Assembly (NCBI GenBank): GCA_051362555.1
Contig: JBPQGU010000016.1
Location: 3,162,001 to 3,226,000 of the forward strand
DNA: 64,000 bases
Reading direction: 5' to 3'
Origin: Lingula anatina
Taxonomy: Eukaryota; Animalia; Brachiopoda
A program made the translations under genes and the position numbers. The notes beneath the pieces are model-generated. The model did not search any database and was not told the DNA's origin. It saw only the letters and a list, made by a program, of their open reading frames with translations. Below, one piece after another: positions 12,201 through 27,200 of the stretch. Within the stretch, counting starts at the first letter, position 1; every line of letters starts with the position of its first letter.

Positions 12201-15200
12201 AGAGCAAAAACTCTGGCCACCCCCCCCCCCCTCCAGATCCTGTTTTCAGCTGTGTTTTTGGCTATCTTTAAAGCTGGAATTGGGGGCTTTAATGAAGTGA
12301 TCCGGGCGTGTTTCCACATTTTTTATGAATGACAGGTGTGGTAGATTGATTTTCATCACATTTCGGAAAAATTGGTGACGGGTCGTTTTTGGGTGATTTT
12401 GAGTGATTTTCATCAGGTCCGCGTACAGCAGATTTCTTCAATTTTGGCCAAAAAGGGAAGAAATTTTTTTTTCTTCATTTTAGTGACCGGTAGGTGTGTT
12501 GGGTCATTTGTAGTAAGTATAAAGTACTGGAAGAGTGGTTGTGTCAATATTAAGGAAGAAAAAGAGCAAAAACTCTGGCCACCCCCCCCCCCCTCCAGAT
12601 CCTGTTTTCAGCTGTGTTTTTGGCTATCTTTAAAGCTGGAATTGGGGGCTTTAATGAAGTGATCCGGGCGTGTTTCCACATTTTTTATGAATGACAGGTG
12701 TGGTAGATTGATTTTCATCACATTTCGGAAAAATTGGTGACGGGTCGTTTTTGGGTGATTTTGAGTGATTTTCATCAGGTCCGCGTACAGCAGATTTCTT
12801 CAATTTTGGCCAAAAAGGGAAGAAATTTTTTTTTCTTCATTTTAGTGACCGGTAGGTGTGTTGGGTCATTTGTAGTAAGTATAAAGTACTGGAAGAGTGG
12901 TTGTGTCAATATTAAGGAAGAAAAAGAGCAAAAACTCTGGCCACCCCCCCCCCCCTCCAGATCCTGTTTTCAGCTGTGTTTTTGGCTATCTTTAAAGCTG
13001 GAATTGGGGGCTTTAATGAAGTGATCCGGGCGTGTTTCCACATTTTTTATGAATGACAGGTGTGGTAGATTGATTTTCATCACATTTCGGAAAAATTGGT
13101 GACGGGTCGTTTTTGGGTGATTTTGAGTGATTTTCATCAGGTCCGCGTACAGCAGATTTCTTCAATTTTGGCCAAAAAGGGAAGAAATTTTTTTTTCTTC
13201 ATTTTAGTGACCGGTAGGTGTGTTGGGGGTCATTTGTAGTAAGTATAAAGTACTGGAAGAGTGGTTGTGTCAATATTAAGGAAGAAAAAGAGCAAAAACT
13301 CTGGCCACCCCCCCCCCCTCCAGATCCTGTTTTCAGCTGTGTTTTTGGCTATCTTTAAAGCTGGAATTGGGGGCTTTAATGAAGTGATCCGGGCGTGTTT
13401 CCACATTTTTTATGAATGACAGGTGTGGTAGATTGATTTTCATCACATTTCGGAAAAATTGGTGACGGGTCGTTTTTGGGTGATTTTGAGTGATTTTCAT
13501 CAGGTCCGCGTACAGCAGATTTCTTCAATTTTGGCCAAAAAGGGAAGAAATTTTTTTTTCTTCATTTTAGTGACCGGTAGGTGTGTTGGGTCATTTGTAG
13601 TAAGTATAAAGTACTGGAAGAGTGGTTGTGTCAATATTAAGGAAGAAAAAGAGCAAAAACTCTGGCCACCCCCCCCCCCTCCAGATCCTGTTTTCAGCTG
13701 TGTTTTTGGCTATCTTTAAAGCTGGAATTGGGGGCTTTAATGAAGTGATCCGGGCGTGTTTCCACATTTTTTATGAATGACAGGTGTGGTAGATTGATTT
13801 TCATCACATTTCGGAAAAATTGGTGACGGGTCGTTTTTGGGTGATTTTGAGTGATTTTCATCAGGTCCGCGTACAGCAGATTTCTTCAATTTTGGCCAAA
13901 AAGGGAAGAAATTTTTTTTTCTTCATTTTAGTGACCGGTAGGTGTGTTGGGTCATTTGTAGTAAGTATAAAGTACTGGAAGAGTGGTTGTGTCAATATTA
14001 AGGAAGAAAAAGAGCAAAAACTCTGGCCACCCCCCCCCCCCCTCCAGATCCTGTTTTCAGCTGTGTTTTTGGCTATCTTTAAAGCTGGAATTGGGGGCTT
14101 TAATGAAGTGATCCGGGCGTGTTTCCACATTTTTTATGAATGACAGGTGTGGTAGATTGATTTTCATCACATTTCGGAAAAATTGGTGACGGGTCGTTTT
14201 TGGGTGATTTTGAGTGATTTTCATCAGGTCCGCGTACAGCAGATTTCTTCAATTTTGGCCAAAAAGGGAAGAAATTTTTTTTTCTTCATTTTAGTGACCG
14301 GTAGGTGTGTTGGGTCATTTGTAGTAAGTATAAAGTACTGGAAGAGTGGTTGTGTCAATATTAAGGAAGAAAAAGAGCAAAAACTCTGGCCACCCCCCCC
14401 CCCTCCAGATCCTGTTTTCAGCTGTGTTTTTGGCTATCTTTAAAGCTGGAATTGGGGGCTTTAATGAAGTGATCCGGGCGTGTTTCCACATTTTTTATGA
14501 ATGACAGGTGTGGTAGATTGATTTTCATCACATTTCGGAAAAATTGGTGACGGGTCGTTTTTGGGTGATTTTGAGTGATTTTCATCAGGTCCGCGTACAG
14601 CAGATTTCTTCAATTTTGGCCAAAAAGGGAAGAAATTTTTTTTTCTTCATTTTAGTGACCGGTAGGTGTGTTGGGTCATTTGTAGTAAGTATAAAGTACT
14701 GGAAGAGTGGTTGTGTCAATATTAAGGAAGAAAAAGAGCAAAAACTCTGGCCACCCCCCCCCCCCTCCAGATCCTGTTTTCAGCTGTGTTTTTGGCTATC
14801 TTTAAAGCTGGAATTGGGGGCTTTAATGAAGTGATCCGGGCGTGTTTCCACATTTTTTATGAATGACAGGTGTGGTAGATTGATTTTCATCACATTTCGG
14901 AAAAATTGGTGACGGGTCGTTTTTGGGTGATTTTGAGTGATTTTCATCAGGTCCGCGTACAGCAGATTTCTTCAATTTTGGCCAAAAAGGGAAGAAATTT
15001 TTTTTTCTTCATTTTAGTGACCGGTAGGTGTGTTGGGTCATTTGTAGTAAGTATAAAGTACTGGAAGAGTGGTTGTGTCAATATTAAGGAAGAAAAAGAG
15101 CAAAAACTCTGGCCCCCCCCCCCCCCTCCAGATCCTGTTTTCAGCTGTGTTTTTGGCTATCTTTAAAGCTGGAATTGGGGGCTTTAATGAAGTGATCCGG

Positions 15201-18200
15201 GCGTGTTTCCACATTTTTTATGAATGACAGGTGTGGTAGATTGATTTTCATCACATTTCGGAAAAATTGGTGACGGGTCGTTTTTGGGTGATTTTGAGTG
15301 ATTTTCATCAGGTCCGCGTACAGCAGATTTCTTCAATTTTGGCCAAAAAGGGAAGAAATTTTTTTTTCTTCATTTTAGTGACCGGTAGGTGTGTTGGGTC
15401 ATTTGTAGTAAGTATAAAGTACTGGAAGAGTGGTTGTGTCAATATTAAGGAAGAAAAAGAGCAAAAACTCTGGCCACCCCCCCCCCCTCCAGATCCTGTT
15501 TTCAGCTGTGTTTTTGGCTATCTTTAAAGCTGGAATTGGGGGCTTTAATGAAGTGATCCGGGCGTGTTTCCACATTTTTTATGAATGACAGGTGTGGTAG
15601 ATTGATTTTCATCACATTTCGGAAAAATTGGTGACGGGTCGTTTTTGGGTGATTTTGAGTGATTTTCATCAGGTCCGCGTACAGCAGATTTCTTCAATTT
15701 TGGCCAAAAAGGGAAGAAATTTTTTTTCTTCATTTTAGTGACCGGTAGGTGTGTTGGGTCATTTGTAGTAAGTATAAAGTACTGGAAGAGTGGTTGTGTC
15801 AATATTAAGGAAGAAAAAGAGCAAAAACTCTGGCCACCCCCCCCCCCCTCCAGATCCTGTTTTCAGCTGTGTTTTTGGCTATCTTTAAAGCTGGAATTGG
15901 GGGCTTTAATGAAGTGATCCGGGCGTGTTTCCACATTTTTTATGAATGACAGGTGTGGTAGATTGATTTTCATCACATTTCGGAAAAATTGGTGACGGGT
16001 CGTTTTTGGGTGATTTTGAGTGATTTTCATCAGGTCCGCGTACAGCAGATTTCTTCAATTTTGGCCAAAAAGGGAAGAAATGTTTTTTTCTTCATTTTAG
16101 TGACCGGTAGGTGTGTTGGGTCATTTGTAGTAAGTATAAAGTACTGGAAGAGTGGTTGTGTCAATATTAAGGAAGAAAAAGAGCAAAAACTCTGGCCACC
16201 CCCCCCCCCCCTCCAGATCCTGTTTTCAGCTGTGTTTTTGGCTATCTCTAAAGCTGGAATTGGGGGCTTTAATGAAGTGATCCGGGCGTGTTTCCACATT
16301 TTTTATGAATGACAGGTGTGGTAGATTGATTTTCATCACATTTCGGAAAAATTGGTGACGGGTCGTTTTTGGGTGATTTTGAGTGATTTTCATCAGGTCC
16401 GCGTACAGCAGATTTCTTCAATTTTGGCCAAAAAGGGAAGAAATTTTTTTTTCTTCATTTTAGTGACCGGTAGGTGTGTTGGGTCATTTGTAGTAAGTAT
16501 AAAGTACTGGAAGAGTGGTTGTGTCAATATTAAGGAAGAAAAAGAGCAAAAACTCTGGCCACCCCCCCCCCCCCTCCAGATCCTGTTTTCAGCTGTGTTT
16601 TTGGCTATCTTTAAAGCTGGAATTGGGGGCTTTAATGAAGTGATCCGGGCGTGTTTCCACATTTTTTATGAATGACAGGTGTGGTAGATTGATTTTCATC
16701 ACATTTCGGAAAAATTGGTGACGGGTCGTTTTTGGGTGATTTTGAGTGATTTTCATCAGGTCCGCGTACAGCAGATTTCTTCAATTTTGGCCAAAAAGGG
16801 AAGAAATTTTTTTTTCTTCATTTTAGTGACCGGTAGGTGTGTTGGGTCATTTGTAGTAAGTATAAAGTACTGGAAGAGTGGTTGTGTCAATATTAAGGAA
16901 GAAAAAGAGCAAAAACTCTGGCCACCCCCCCCCCCCCCTCCAGATCCTGTTTTCAGCTGTGTTTTTGGCTATCTTTAAAGCTGGAATTGGGGGCTTTAAT
17001 GAAGTGATCCGGGCGTGTTTCCACATTTTTTATGAATGACAGGTGTGGTAGATTGATTTTCATCACATTTCGGAAAAATTGGTGACGGGTCGTTTTTGGG
17101 TGATTTTGAGTGATTTTCATCAGGTCCGCGTACAGCAGATTTCTTCAATTTTGGCCAAAAAGGGAAGAAATTTTTTTTTCTTCATTTTAGTGACCGGTAG
17201 GTGTGTTGGGTCATTTGTAGTAAGTATAAAGTACTGGAAGAGTGGTTGTGTCAATATTAAGGAAGAAAAAGAGCAAAAACTCTGGCCACCCCCCCCCCCC
17301 CCCCCTCCAGATCCTGTTTTCAGCTGTGTTTTTGGCTATCTTTAAAGCTGGAATTGGGGGCTTTAATGAAGTGATCCGGGCGTGTTTCCACATTTTTTAT
17401 GAATGACAGGTGTGGTAGATTGATTTTCATCACATTTCGGAAAAATTGGTGACGGGTCGTTTTTGGGTGATTTTGAGTGATTTTCATCAGGTCCGCGTAC
17501 AGCAGATTTCTTCAATTTTGGCCAAAAAGGGAAGAAATTTTTTTTTCTTCATTTTAGTGACCGGTAGGTGTGTTGGGTCATTTGTAGTAAGTATAAAGTA
17601 CTGGAAGAGTGGTTGTGTCAATATTAAGGAAGAAAAAGAGCAAAAACTCTGGCCACCCCCCCCCCCCTCCAGATCCTGTTTTCAGCTGTGTTTTTGGCTA
17701 TCTTTAAAGCTGGAATTGGGGGCTTTAATGAAGTGATCCGGGCGTGTTTCCACATTTTTTATGAATGACAGGTGTGGTAGATTGATTTTCATCACATTTC
17801 GGAAAAATTGGTGACGGGTCGTTTTTGGGTGATTTTGAGTGATTTTCATCAGGTCCGCGTACAGCAGATTTCTTCAATTTTGGCCAAAAAGGGAAGAAAT
17901 TTTTTTTTCTTCATTTTAGTGACCGGTAGGTGTGTTGGGTCATTTGTAGTAAGTATAAAGTACTGGAAGAGTGGTTGTGTCAATATTAAGGAAGAAAAAG
18001 AGCAAAAACTCTGGCCACCCCCCCCCCCCTCCAGATCCTGTTTTCAGCTGTGTTTTTGGCTATCTTTAAAGCTGGAATTGGGGGCTTTAATGAAGTGATC
18101 CGGGCGTGTTTCCACATTTTTTATGAATGACAGGTGTGGTAGATTGATTTTCATCACATTTCGGAAAAATTGGTGACGGGTCGTTTTTGGGTGATTTTGA

Positions 18201-21200
18201 GTGATTTTCATCAGGTCCGCGTACAGCAGATTTCTTCAATTTTGGCCAAAAAGGGAAGAAATTTTTTTTTCTTCATTTTAGTGACCGGTAGGTGTGTTGG
18301 GTCATTTGTAGTAAGTATAAAGTACTGGAAGAGTGGTTGTGTCAATATTAAGGAAGAAAAAGAGCAAAAACTCTGGCCACCCCCCCCCCCCCTCCAGATC
18401 CTGTTTTCAGCTGTGTTTTTGGCTATCTTTAAAGCTGGAATTGGGGGCTTTAATGAAGTGATCCGGGCGTGTTTCCACATTTTTTATGAATGACAGGTGT
18501 GGTAGATTGATTTTCATCACATTTCGGAAAAATTGGTGACGGGTCGTTTTTGGGTGATTTTGAGTGATTTTCATCAGGTCCGCGTACAGCAGATTTCTTC
18601 AATTTTGGCCAAAAAGGGAAGAAATTTTTTTTTCTTCATTTTAGTGACCGGTAGGTGTGTTGGGTCATTTGTAGTAAGTATAAAGTACTGGAAGAGTGGT
18701 TGTGTCAATATTAAGGAAGAAAAAGAGCAAAAACTCTGGCCACCCCCCCCCCCCTCCAGATCCTGTTTTCAGCTGTGTTTTTGGCTATCTTTAAAGCTGG
18801 AATTGGGGGCTTTAATGAAGTGATCCGGGCGTGTTTCCACATTTTTTATGAATGACAGGTGTGGTAGATTGATTTTCATCACATTTCGGAAAAATTGGTG
18901 ACGGGTCGTTTTTGGGTGATTTTGAGTGATTTTCATCAGGTCCACGTACAGCAGATTTCTTCAATTTTGGCCAAAAAGGGAAGAAATTTTTTTTTCTTCA
19001 TTTTAGTGACCGGTAGGTGTGTTGGGTCATTTGTAGTAAGTATAAAGTACTGGAAGAGTGGTTGTGTCAATATTAAGGAAGAAAAAGAGCAAAAACTCTG
19101 GCCACCCCCCCCCCCCTCCAGATCCTGTTTTCAGCTGTGTTTTTGGCTATCTTTAAAGCTGGAATTGGGGGCTTTAATGAAGTGATCCGGGCGTGTTTCC
19201 ACATTTTTTATGAATGACAGGTGTGGTAGATTGATTTTCATCACATTTCGGAAAAATTGGTGACGGGTCGTTTTTGGGTGATTTTGAGTGATTTTCATCA
19301 GGTCCGCGTACAGCAGATTTCTTCAATTTTGGCCAAAAAGGGAAGAAATTTTTTTTTCTTCATTTTAGTGACCGGTAGGTGTGTTGGGTCATTTGTAGTA
19401 AGTATAAAGTACTGGAAGAGTGGTTGTGTCAATATTAAGGAAGAAAAAGAGCAAAAACTCTGGCCACCCCCCCCCCCCCTCCAGATCCTGTTTTCAGCTG
19501 TGTTTTTGGCTATCTTTAAAGCTGGAATTGGGGGCTTTAATGAAGTGATCCGGGCGTGTTTCCACATTTTTTATGAATGACAGGTGTGGTAGATTGATTT
19601 TCATCACATTTCGGAAAAATTGGTGACGGGTCGTTTTTGGGTGATTTTGAGTGATTTTCATCAGGTCCGCGTACAGCAGATTTCTTCAATTTTGGCCAAA
19701 AAGGGAAGAAATTTTTTTTTCTTCATTTTAGTGACCGGTAGGTGTGTTGGGTCATTTGTAGTAAGTATAAAGTACTGGAAGAGTGGTTGTGTCAATATTA
19801 AGGAAGAAAAAGAGCAAAAACTCTGGCCACCCCCCCCCCCTCCAGATCCTGTTTTCAGCTGTGTTTTTGGCTATCTTTAAAGCTGGAATTGGGGGCTTTA
19901 ATGAAGTGATCCGGGCGTGTTTCCACATTTTTTATGAATGACAGGTGTGGTAGATTGATTTTCATCACATTTCGGAAAAATTGGTGACGGGTCGTTTTTG
20001 GGTGATTTTGAGTGATTTTCATCAGGTCCGCGTACAGCAGATTTCTTCAATTTTGGCCAAAAAGGGAAGAAATTTTTTTTTCTTCATTTTAGTGACCGGT
20101 AGGTGTGTTGGGTCATTTGTAGTAAGTATAAAGTACTGGAAGAGTGGTTGTGTCAATATTAAGGAAGAAAAAGAGCAAAAACTCTGGCCACCCCCCCCCC
20201 CCTCCAGATCCTGTTTTCAGCTGTGTTTTTGGCTATCTTTAAAGCTGGAATTGGGGGCTTTAATGAAGTGATCCGGGCGTGTTTCCACATTTTTTATGAA
20301 TGACAGGTGTGGTAGATTGATTTTCATCACATTTCGGAAAAATTGGTGACGGGTCGTTTTTGGGTGATTTTGAGTGATTTTCATCAGGTCCGCGTACAGC
20401 AGATTTCTTCAATTTTGGCCAAAAAGGGAAGAAATTTTTTTTTCTTCATTTTAGTGACCGGTAGGTGTGTTGGGTCATTTGTAGTAAGTATAAAGTACTG
20501 GAAGAGTGGTTGTGTCAATATTAAGGAAGAAAAAGAGCAAAAACTCTGGCCCCCCCCCCCCCCCTCCAGATCCTGTTTTCAGCTGTGTTTTTGGCTATCT
20601 TTAAAGCTGGAATTGGGGGCTTTAATGAAGTGATCCGGGCGTGTTTCCACATTTTTTATGAATGACAGGTGTGGTAGATTGATTTTCATCACATTTCGGA
20701 AAAATTGGTGACGGGTCGTTTTTGGGTGATTTTGAGTGATTTTCATCAGGTCCGCGTACAGCAGATTTCTTCAATTTTGGCCAAAAAGGGAAGAAATTTT
20801 TTTTTCTTCATTTTAGTGACCGGTAGGTGTGTTGGGTCATTTGTAGTAAGTATAAAGTACTGGAAGAGTGGTTGTGTCAATATTAAGGAAGAAAAAGAGC
20901 AAAAACTCTGGCCACCCCCCCCCCCCTCCAGATCCTGTTTTCAGCTGTGTTTTTGGCTATCTTTAAAGCTGGAATTGGGGGCTTTAATGAAGTGATCCGG
21001 GCGTGTTTCCACATTTTTTATGAATGACAGGTGTGGTAGATTGATTTTCATCACATTTCGGAAAAATTGGTGACGGGTCGTTTTTGGGTGATTTTGAGTG
21101 ATTTTCATCAGGTCCGCGTACAGCAGATTTCTTCAATTTTGGCCAAAAAGGGAAGAAATTTTTTTTTCTTCATTTTAGTGACCGGTAGGTGTGTTGGGTC

Positions 21201-24200
21201 ATTTGTAGTAAGTATAAAGTACTGGAAGAGTGGTTGTGTCAATATTAAGGAAGAAAAAGAGCAAAAACTCTGGCCACCCCCCCCCCCCTCCAGATCCTGT
21301 TTTCAGCTGTGTTTTTGGCTATCTTTAAAGCTGGAATTGGGGGCTTTAATGAAGTGATCCGGGCGTGTTTCCACATTTTTTATGAATGACAGGTGTGGTA
21401 GATTGATTTTCATCACATTTCGGAAAAATTGGTGACGGGTCGTTTTTGGGTGATTTTGAGTGATTTTCATCAGGTCCGCGTACAGCAGATTTCTTCAATT
21501 TTGGCCAAAAAGGGAAGAAATTTTTTTTTCTTCATTTTAGTGACCGGTAGGTGTGTTGGGTCATTTGTAGTAAGTATAAAGTACTGGAAGAGTGGTTGTG
21601 TCAATATTAAGGAAGAAAAAGAGCAAAAACTCTGGCCACCCCCCCCCCCCTCCAGATCCTGTTTTCAGCTGTGTTTTTGGCTATCTTTAAAGCTGGAATT
21701 GGGGGCTTTAATGAAGTGATCCGGGCGTGTTTCCACATTTTTTATGAATGACAGGTGTGGTAGATTGATTTTCATCACATTTCGGAAAAATTGGTGACGG
21801 GTCGTTTTTGGGTGATTTTGAGTGATTTTCATCAGGTCCGCGTACAGCAGATTTCTTCAATTTTGGCCAAAAAGGGAAGAAATTTTTTTTTCTTCATTTT
21901 AGTGACCGGTAGGTGTGTTGGGTCATTTGTAGTAAGTATAAAGTACTGGAAGAGTGGTTGTGTCAATATTAAGGAAGAAAAAGAGCAAAAACTCTGGCCA
22001 CCCCCCCCCCCCCTCCAGATCCTGTTTTCAGCTGTGTTTTTGGCTATCTTTAAAGCTGGAATTGGGGGCTTTAATGAAGTGATCCGGGCGTGTTTCCACA
22101 TTTTTTATGAATGACAGGTGTGGTAGATTGATTTTCATCACATTTCGGAAAAATTGGTGACGGGTCGTTTTTGGGTGATTTTGAGTGATTTTCATCAGGT
22201 CCGCGTACAGCAGATTTCTTCAATTTTGGCCAAAAAGGGAAGAAATTTTTTTTTCTTCATTTTAGGACTGGTAGGTGTGTTGGGTCATTTGTAGTAAGTA
22301 TAAAGTACTGGAAGAGTGGTTGTGTCAATATTAAGGAAGAAAAAGAGCAAAAACTCTGGCCACCCCCCCCCCCCCTCCAGATCCTGTTTTCAGCTGTGTT
22401 TTTGGCTATCTTTAAAGCTGGAATTGGGGGCTTTAATGAAGTGATCCGGGCGTGTTTCCACATTTTTTATGAATGACAGGTGTGGTAGATTGATTTTCAT
22501 CACATTTCGGAAAAATTGGTGACGGGTCGTTTTTGGGTGATTTTGAGTGATTTTCATCAGGTCCGCGTACAGCAGATTTCTTCAATTTTGGCCAAAAAGG
22601 GAAGAAATTTTTTTTTCTTCATTTTAGTGACCGGTAGGTGTGTTGGGTCATTTGTAGTAAGTATAAAGTACTGGAAGAGTGGTTGTGTCAATATTAAGGA
22701 AGAAAAAGAGCAAAAACTCTGGCCACCCCCCCCCCCCTCCAGATCCTGTTTTCAGCTGTGTTTTTGGCTATCTTTAAAGCTGGAATTGGGGGCTTTAATG
22801 AAGTGATCCGGGCGTGTTTCCACATTTTTTATGAATGACAGGTGTGGTAGATTGATTTTCATCACATTTCGGAAAAATTGGTGACGGGTCGTTTTTGGGT
22901 GATTTTGAGTGATTTTCATCAGGTCCGCGTACAGCAGATTTCTTCAATTTTGGCCAAAAAGGGAAGAAATTTTTTTTTCTTCATTTTAGTGACCGGTAGG
23001 TGTGTTGGGTCATTTGTAGTAAGTATAAAGTACTGGAAGAGTGGTTGTGTCAATATTAAGGAAGAAAAAGAGCAAAAACTCTGGCCACCCCCCCCCCCCT
23101 CCAGATCCTGTTTTCAGCTGTGTTTTTGGCTATCTTTAAAGCTGGAATTGGGGGCTTTAATGAAGTGATCCGGGCGTGTTTCCACATTTTTTATGAATGA
23201 CAGGTGTGGTAGATTGATTTTCATCACATTTCGGAAAAATTGGTGACGGGTCGTTTTTGGGTGATTTTGAGTGATTTTCATCAGGTCCGCGTACAGCAGA
23301 TTTCTTCAATTTTGGCCAAAAAGGGAAGAAATTTTTTTTTCTTCATTTTAGTGACCGGTAGGTGTGTTGGGTCATTTGTAGTAAGTATAAAGTACTGGAA
23401 GAGTGGTTGTGTCAATATTAAGGAAGAAAAAGAGCAAAAACTCTGGCCACCCCCCCCCCCCCTCCAGATCCTGTTTTCAGCTGTGTTTTTGGCTATCTTT
23501 AAAGCTGGAATTGGGGGCTTTAATGAAGTGATCCGGGCGTGTTTCCACATTTTTTATGAATGACAGGTGTGGTAGATTGATTTTCATCACATTTCGGAAA
23601 AATTGGTGACGGGTCGTTTTTGGGTGATTTTGAGTGATTTTCATCAGGTCCGCGTACAGCAGATTTCTTCAATTTTGGCCAAAAAGGGAAGAAATTTTTT
23701 TTTCTTCATTTTAGTGACCGGTAGGTGTGTTGGGTCATTTGTAGTAAGTATAAAGTACTGGAAGAGTGGTTGTGTCAATATTAAGGAAGAAAAAGAGCAA
23801 AAACTCTGGCCACCCCCCCCCCCCTCCAGATCCTGTTTTCAGCTGTGTTTTTGGCTATCTTTAAAGCTGGAATTGGGGGCTTTAATGAAGTGATCCGGGC
23901 GTGTTTCCACATTTTTTATGAATGACAGGTGTGGTAGATTGATTTTCATCACATTTCGGAAAAATTGGTGACGGGTCGTTTTTGGGTGATTTTGAGTGAT
24001 TTTCATCAGGTCCGCGTACAGCAGATTTCTTCAATTTTGGCCAAAAAGGGAAGAAATTTTTTTTTCTTCATTTTAGTGACCGGTAGGTGTGTTGGGTCAT
24101 TTGTAGTAAGTATAAAGTACTGGAAGAGTGGTTGTGTCAATATTAAGGAAGAAAAAGAGCAAAAACTCTGGCCACCCCCCCCCCCCTCCAGATCCTGTTT

Positions 24201-27200
24201 TCAGCTGTGTTTTTGGCTATCTTTAAAGCTGGAATTGGGGGCTTTAATGAAGTGATCCGGGCGTGTTTCCACATTTTTTATGAATGACAGGTGTGGTAGA
24301 TTGATTTTCATCACATTTCGGAAAAATTGGTGACGGGTCGTTTTTGGGTGATTTTGAGTGATTTTCATCAGGTCCGCGTACAGCAGATTTCTTCAATTTT
24401 GGCCAAAAAGGGAAGAAATTTTTTTTTCTTCATTTTAGTGACCGGTAGGTGTGTTGGGTCATTTGTAGTAAGTATAAAGTACTGGAAGAGTGGTTGTGTC
24501 AATATTAAGGAAGAAAAAGAGCAAAAACTCTGGCCCCCCCCCCCCCCCTCCAGATCCTGTTTTCAGCTGTGTTTTTGGCTATCTTTAAAGCTGGAATTGG
24601 GGGCTTTAATGAAGTGATCCGGGCGTGTTTCCACATTTTTTATGAATGACAGGTGTGGTAGATTGATTTTCATCACATTTCGGAAAAATTGGTGACGGGT
24701 CGTTTTTGGGTGATTTTGAGTGATTTTCATCAGGTCCGCGTACAGCAGATTTCTTCAATTTTGGCCAAAAAGGGAAGAAATTTTTTTTTCTTCATTTTAG
24801 TGACCGGTAGGTGTGTTGGGTCATTTGTAGTAAGTATAAAGTACTGGAAGAGTGGTTGTGTCAATATTAAGGAAGAAAAAGAGCAAAAACTCTGGCCACC
24901 CCCCCCCCCCTCCAGATCCTGTTTTCAGCTGTGTTTTTGGCTATCTTTAAAGCTGGAATTGGGGGCTTTAATGAAGTGATCCGGGCGTGTTTCCACATTT
25001 TTTATGAATGACAGGTGTGGTAGATTGATTTTCATCACATTTCGGAAAAATTGGTGACGGGTCGTTTTTGGGTGATTTTGAGTGATTTTCATCAGGTCCG
25101 CGTACAGCAGATTTCTTCAATTTTGGCCAAAAAGGGAAGAAATTTTTTTTTCTTCATTTTAGTGACCGGTTAGGTGTGTTGGGTCATTTGTAGTAAGTAT
25201 AAAGTACTGGAAGAGTGGTTGTGTCAATATTAAGGAAGAAAAAGAGCAAAAACTCTGGCCACCCCCCCCCCCCTCCAGATCCTGTTTTCAGCTGTGTTTT
25301 TGGCTATCTTTAAAGCTGGAATTGGGGGCTTTAATGAAGTGATCCGGGCGTGTTTCCACATTTTTTATGAATGACAGGTGTGGTAGATTGATTTTCATCA
25401 CATTTCGGAAAAATTGGTGACGGGTCGTTTTTGGGTGATTTTGAGTGATTTTCATCAGGTCCGCGTACAGCAGATTTCTTCAATTTTGGCCAAAAAGGGA
25501 AGAAATTTTTTTTTCTTCATTTTAGTGACTGGTAGGTGTGTTGGGTCATTTGTAGTAAGTATAAAGTACTGGAAGAGTGGTTGTGTCAATATTAAGGAAG
25601 AAAAAGAGCAAAAACTCTGGCCACCCCCCCCCCCCTCCAGATCCTGTTTTCAGCTGTGTTTTTGGCTATCTTTAAAGCTGGAATTGGGGGCTTTAATGAA
25701 GTGATCCGGGCGTGTTTCCACATTTTTTATGAATGACAGGTGTGGTAGATTGATTTTCATCACATTTCGGAAAAATTGGTGACGGGTCGTTTTTGGGTGA
25801 TTTTGAGTGATTTTCATCAGGTCCGCGTACAGCAGATTTCTTCAATTTTGGCCAAAAAGGGAAGAAATTTTTTTTTCTTCATTTTAGTGACCGGTAGGTG
25901 TGTTGGGTCATTTGTAGTAAGTATAAAGTACTGGAAGAGTGGTTGTGTCAATATTAAGGAAGAAAAAGAGCAAAAACTCTGGCCACCCCCCACCCCCCTC
26001 CAGATCCTGTTTTCAGCTGTGTTTTTGGCTATCTTTAAAGCTGGAATTGGGGGCTTTAATGAAGTGATCCGGGCGTGTTTCCACATTTTTTATGAATGAC
26101 AGGTGTGGTAGATTGATTTTCATCACATTTCGGAAAAATTGGTGACGGGTCGTTTTTGGGTGATTTTGAGTGATTTTCATCAGGTCCGCGTACAGCAGAT
26201 TTCTTCAATTTTGGCCAAAAAGGGAAGAAATTTTTTTTTCTTCATTTTAGTGACCGGTAGGTGTGTTGGGTCATTTGTAGTAAGTATAAAGTACTGGAAG
26301 AGTGGTTGTGTCAATATTAAGGAAGAAAAAGAGCAAAAACTCTGGCCCCCCCCCCCCCTCCAGATCCTGTTTTCAGCTGTGTTTTTGGCTATCTTTAAAG
26401 CTGGAATTGGGGGCTTTAATGAAGTGATCCGGGCGTGTTTCCACATTTTTTATGAATGACAGGTGTGGTAGATTGATTTTCATCACATTTCGGAAAAATT
26501 GGTGACGGGTCGTTTTTGGGTGATTTTGAGTGATTTTCATCAGGTCCGCGTACAGCAGATTTCTTCAATTTTGGCCAAAAAGGGAAGAAATTTTTTTTTC
26601 TTCATTTTAGTGACCGGTAGGTGTGTTGGGTCATTTGTAGTAAGTATAAAGTACTGGAAGAGTGGTTGTGTCAATATTAAGGAAGAAAAAGAGCAAAAAC
26701 TCTGGCCACCCCCCCCCCCCTCCAGATCCTGTTTTCAGCTGTGTTTTTGGCTATCTTTAAAGCTGGAATTGGGGGCTTTAATGAAGTGATCCGGGCGTGT
26801 TTCCACATTTTTTATGAATGACAGGTGTGGTAGATTGATTTTCATCACATTTCGGAAAAATTGGTGACGGGTCGTTTTTGGGTGATTTTGAGTGATTTTC
26901 ATCAGGTCCGCGTACAGCAGATTTCTTCAATTTTGGCCAAAAAGGGAAGAAATTTTTTTTTCTTCATTTTAGTGACCGGTAGGTGTGTTGGGTCATTTGT
27001 AGTAAGTATAAAGTACTGGAAGAGTGGTTGTGTCAATATTAAGGAAGAAAAAGAGCAAAAACTCTGGCCACCCCCCCCCCCCTCCAGATCCTGTTTTCAG
27101 CTGTGTTTTTGGCTATCTTTAAAGCTGGAATTGGGGGCTTTAATGAAGTGATCCGGGCGTGTTTCCACATTTTTTATGAATGACAGGTGTGGTAGATTGA

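Noticed and set aside
13225-25171. Singleton small indels (extra GG at ~13228, T loss at ~22265, extra T at ~25171)
   Set aside because: Each is seen once and cannot be distinguished from consensus errors without reads.
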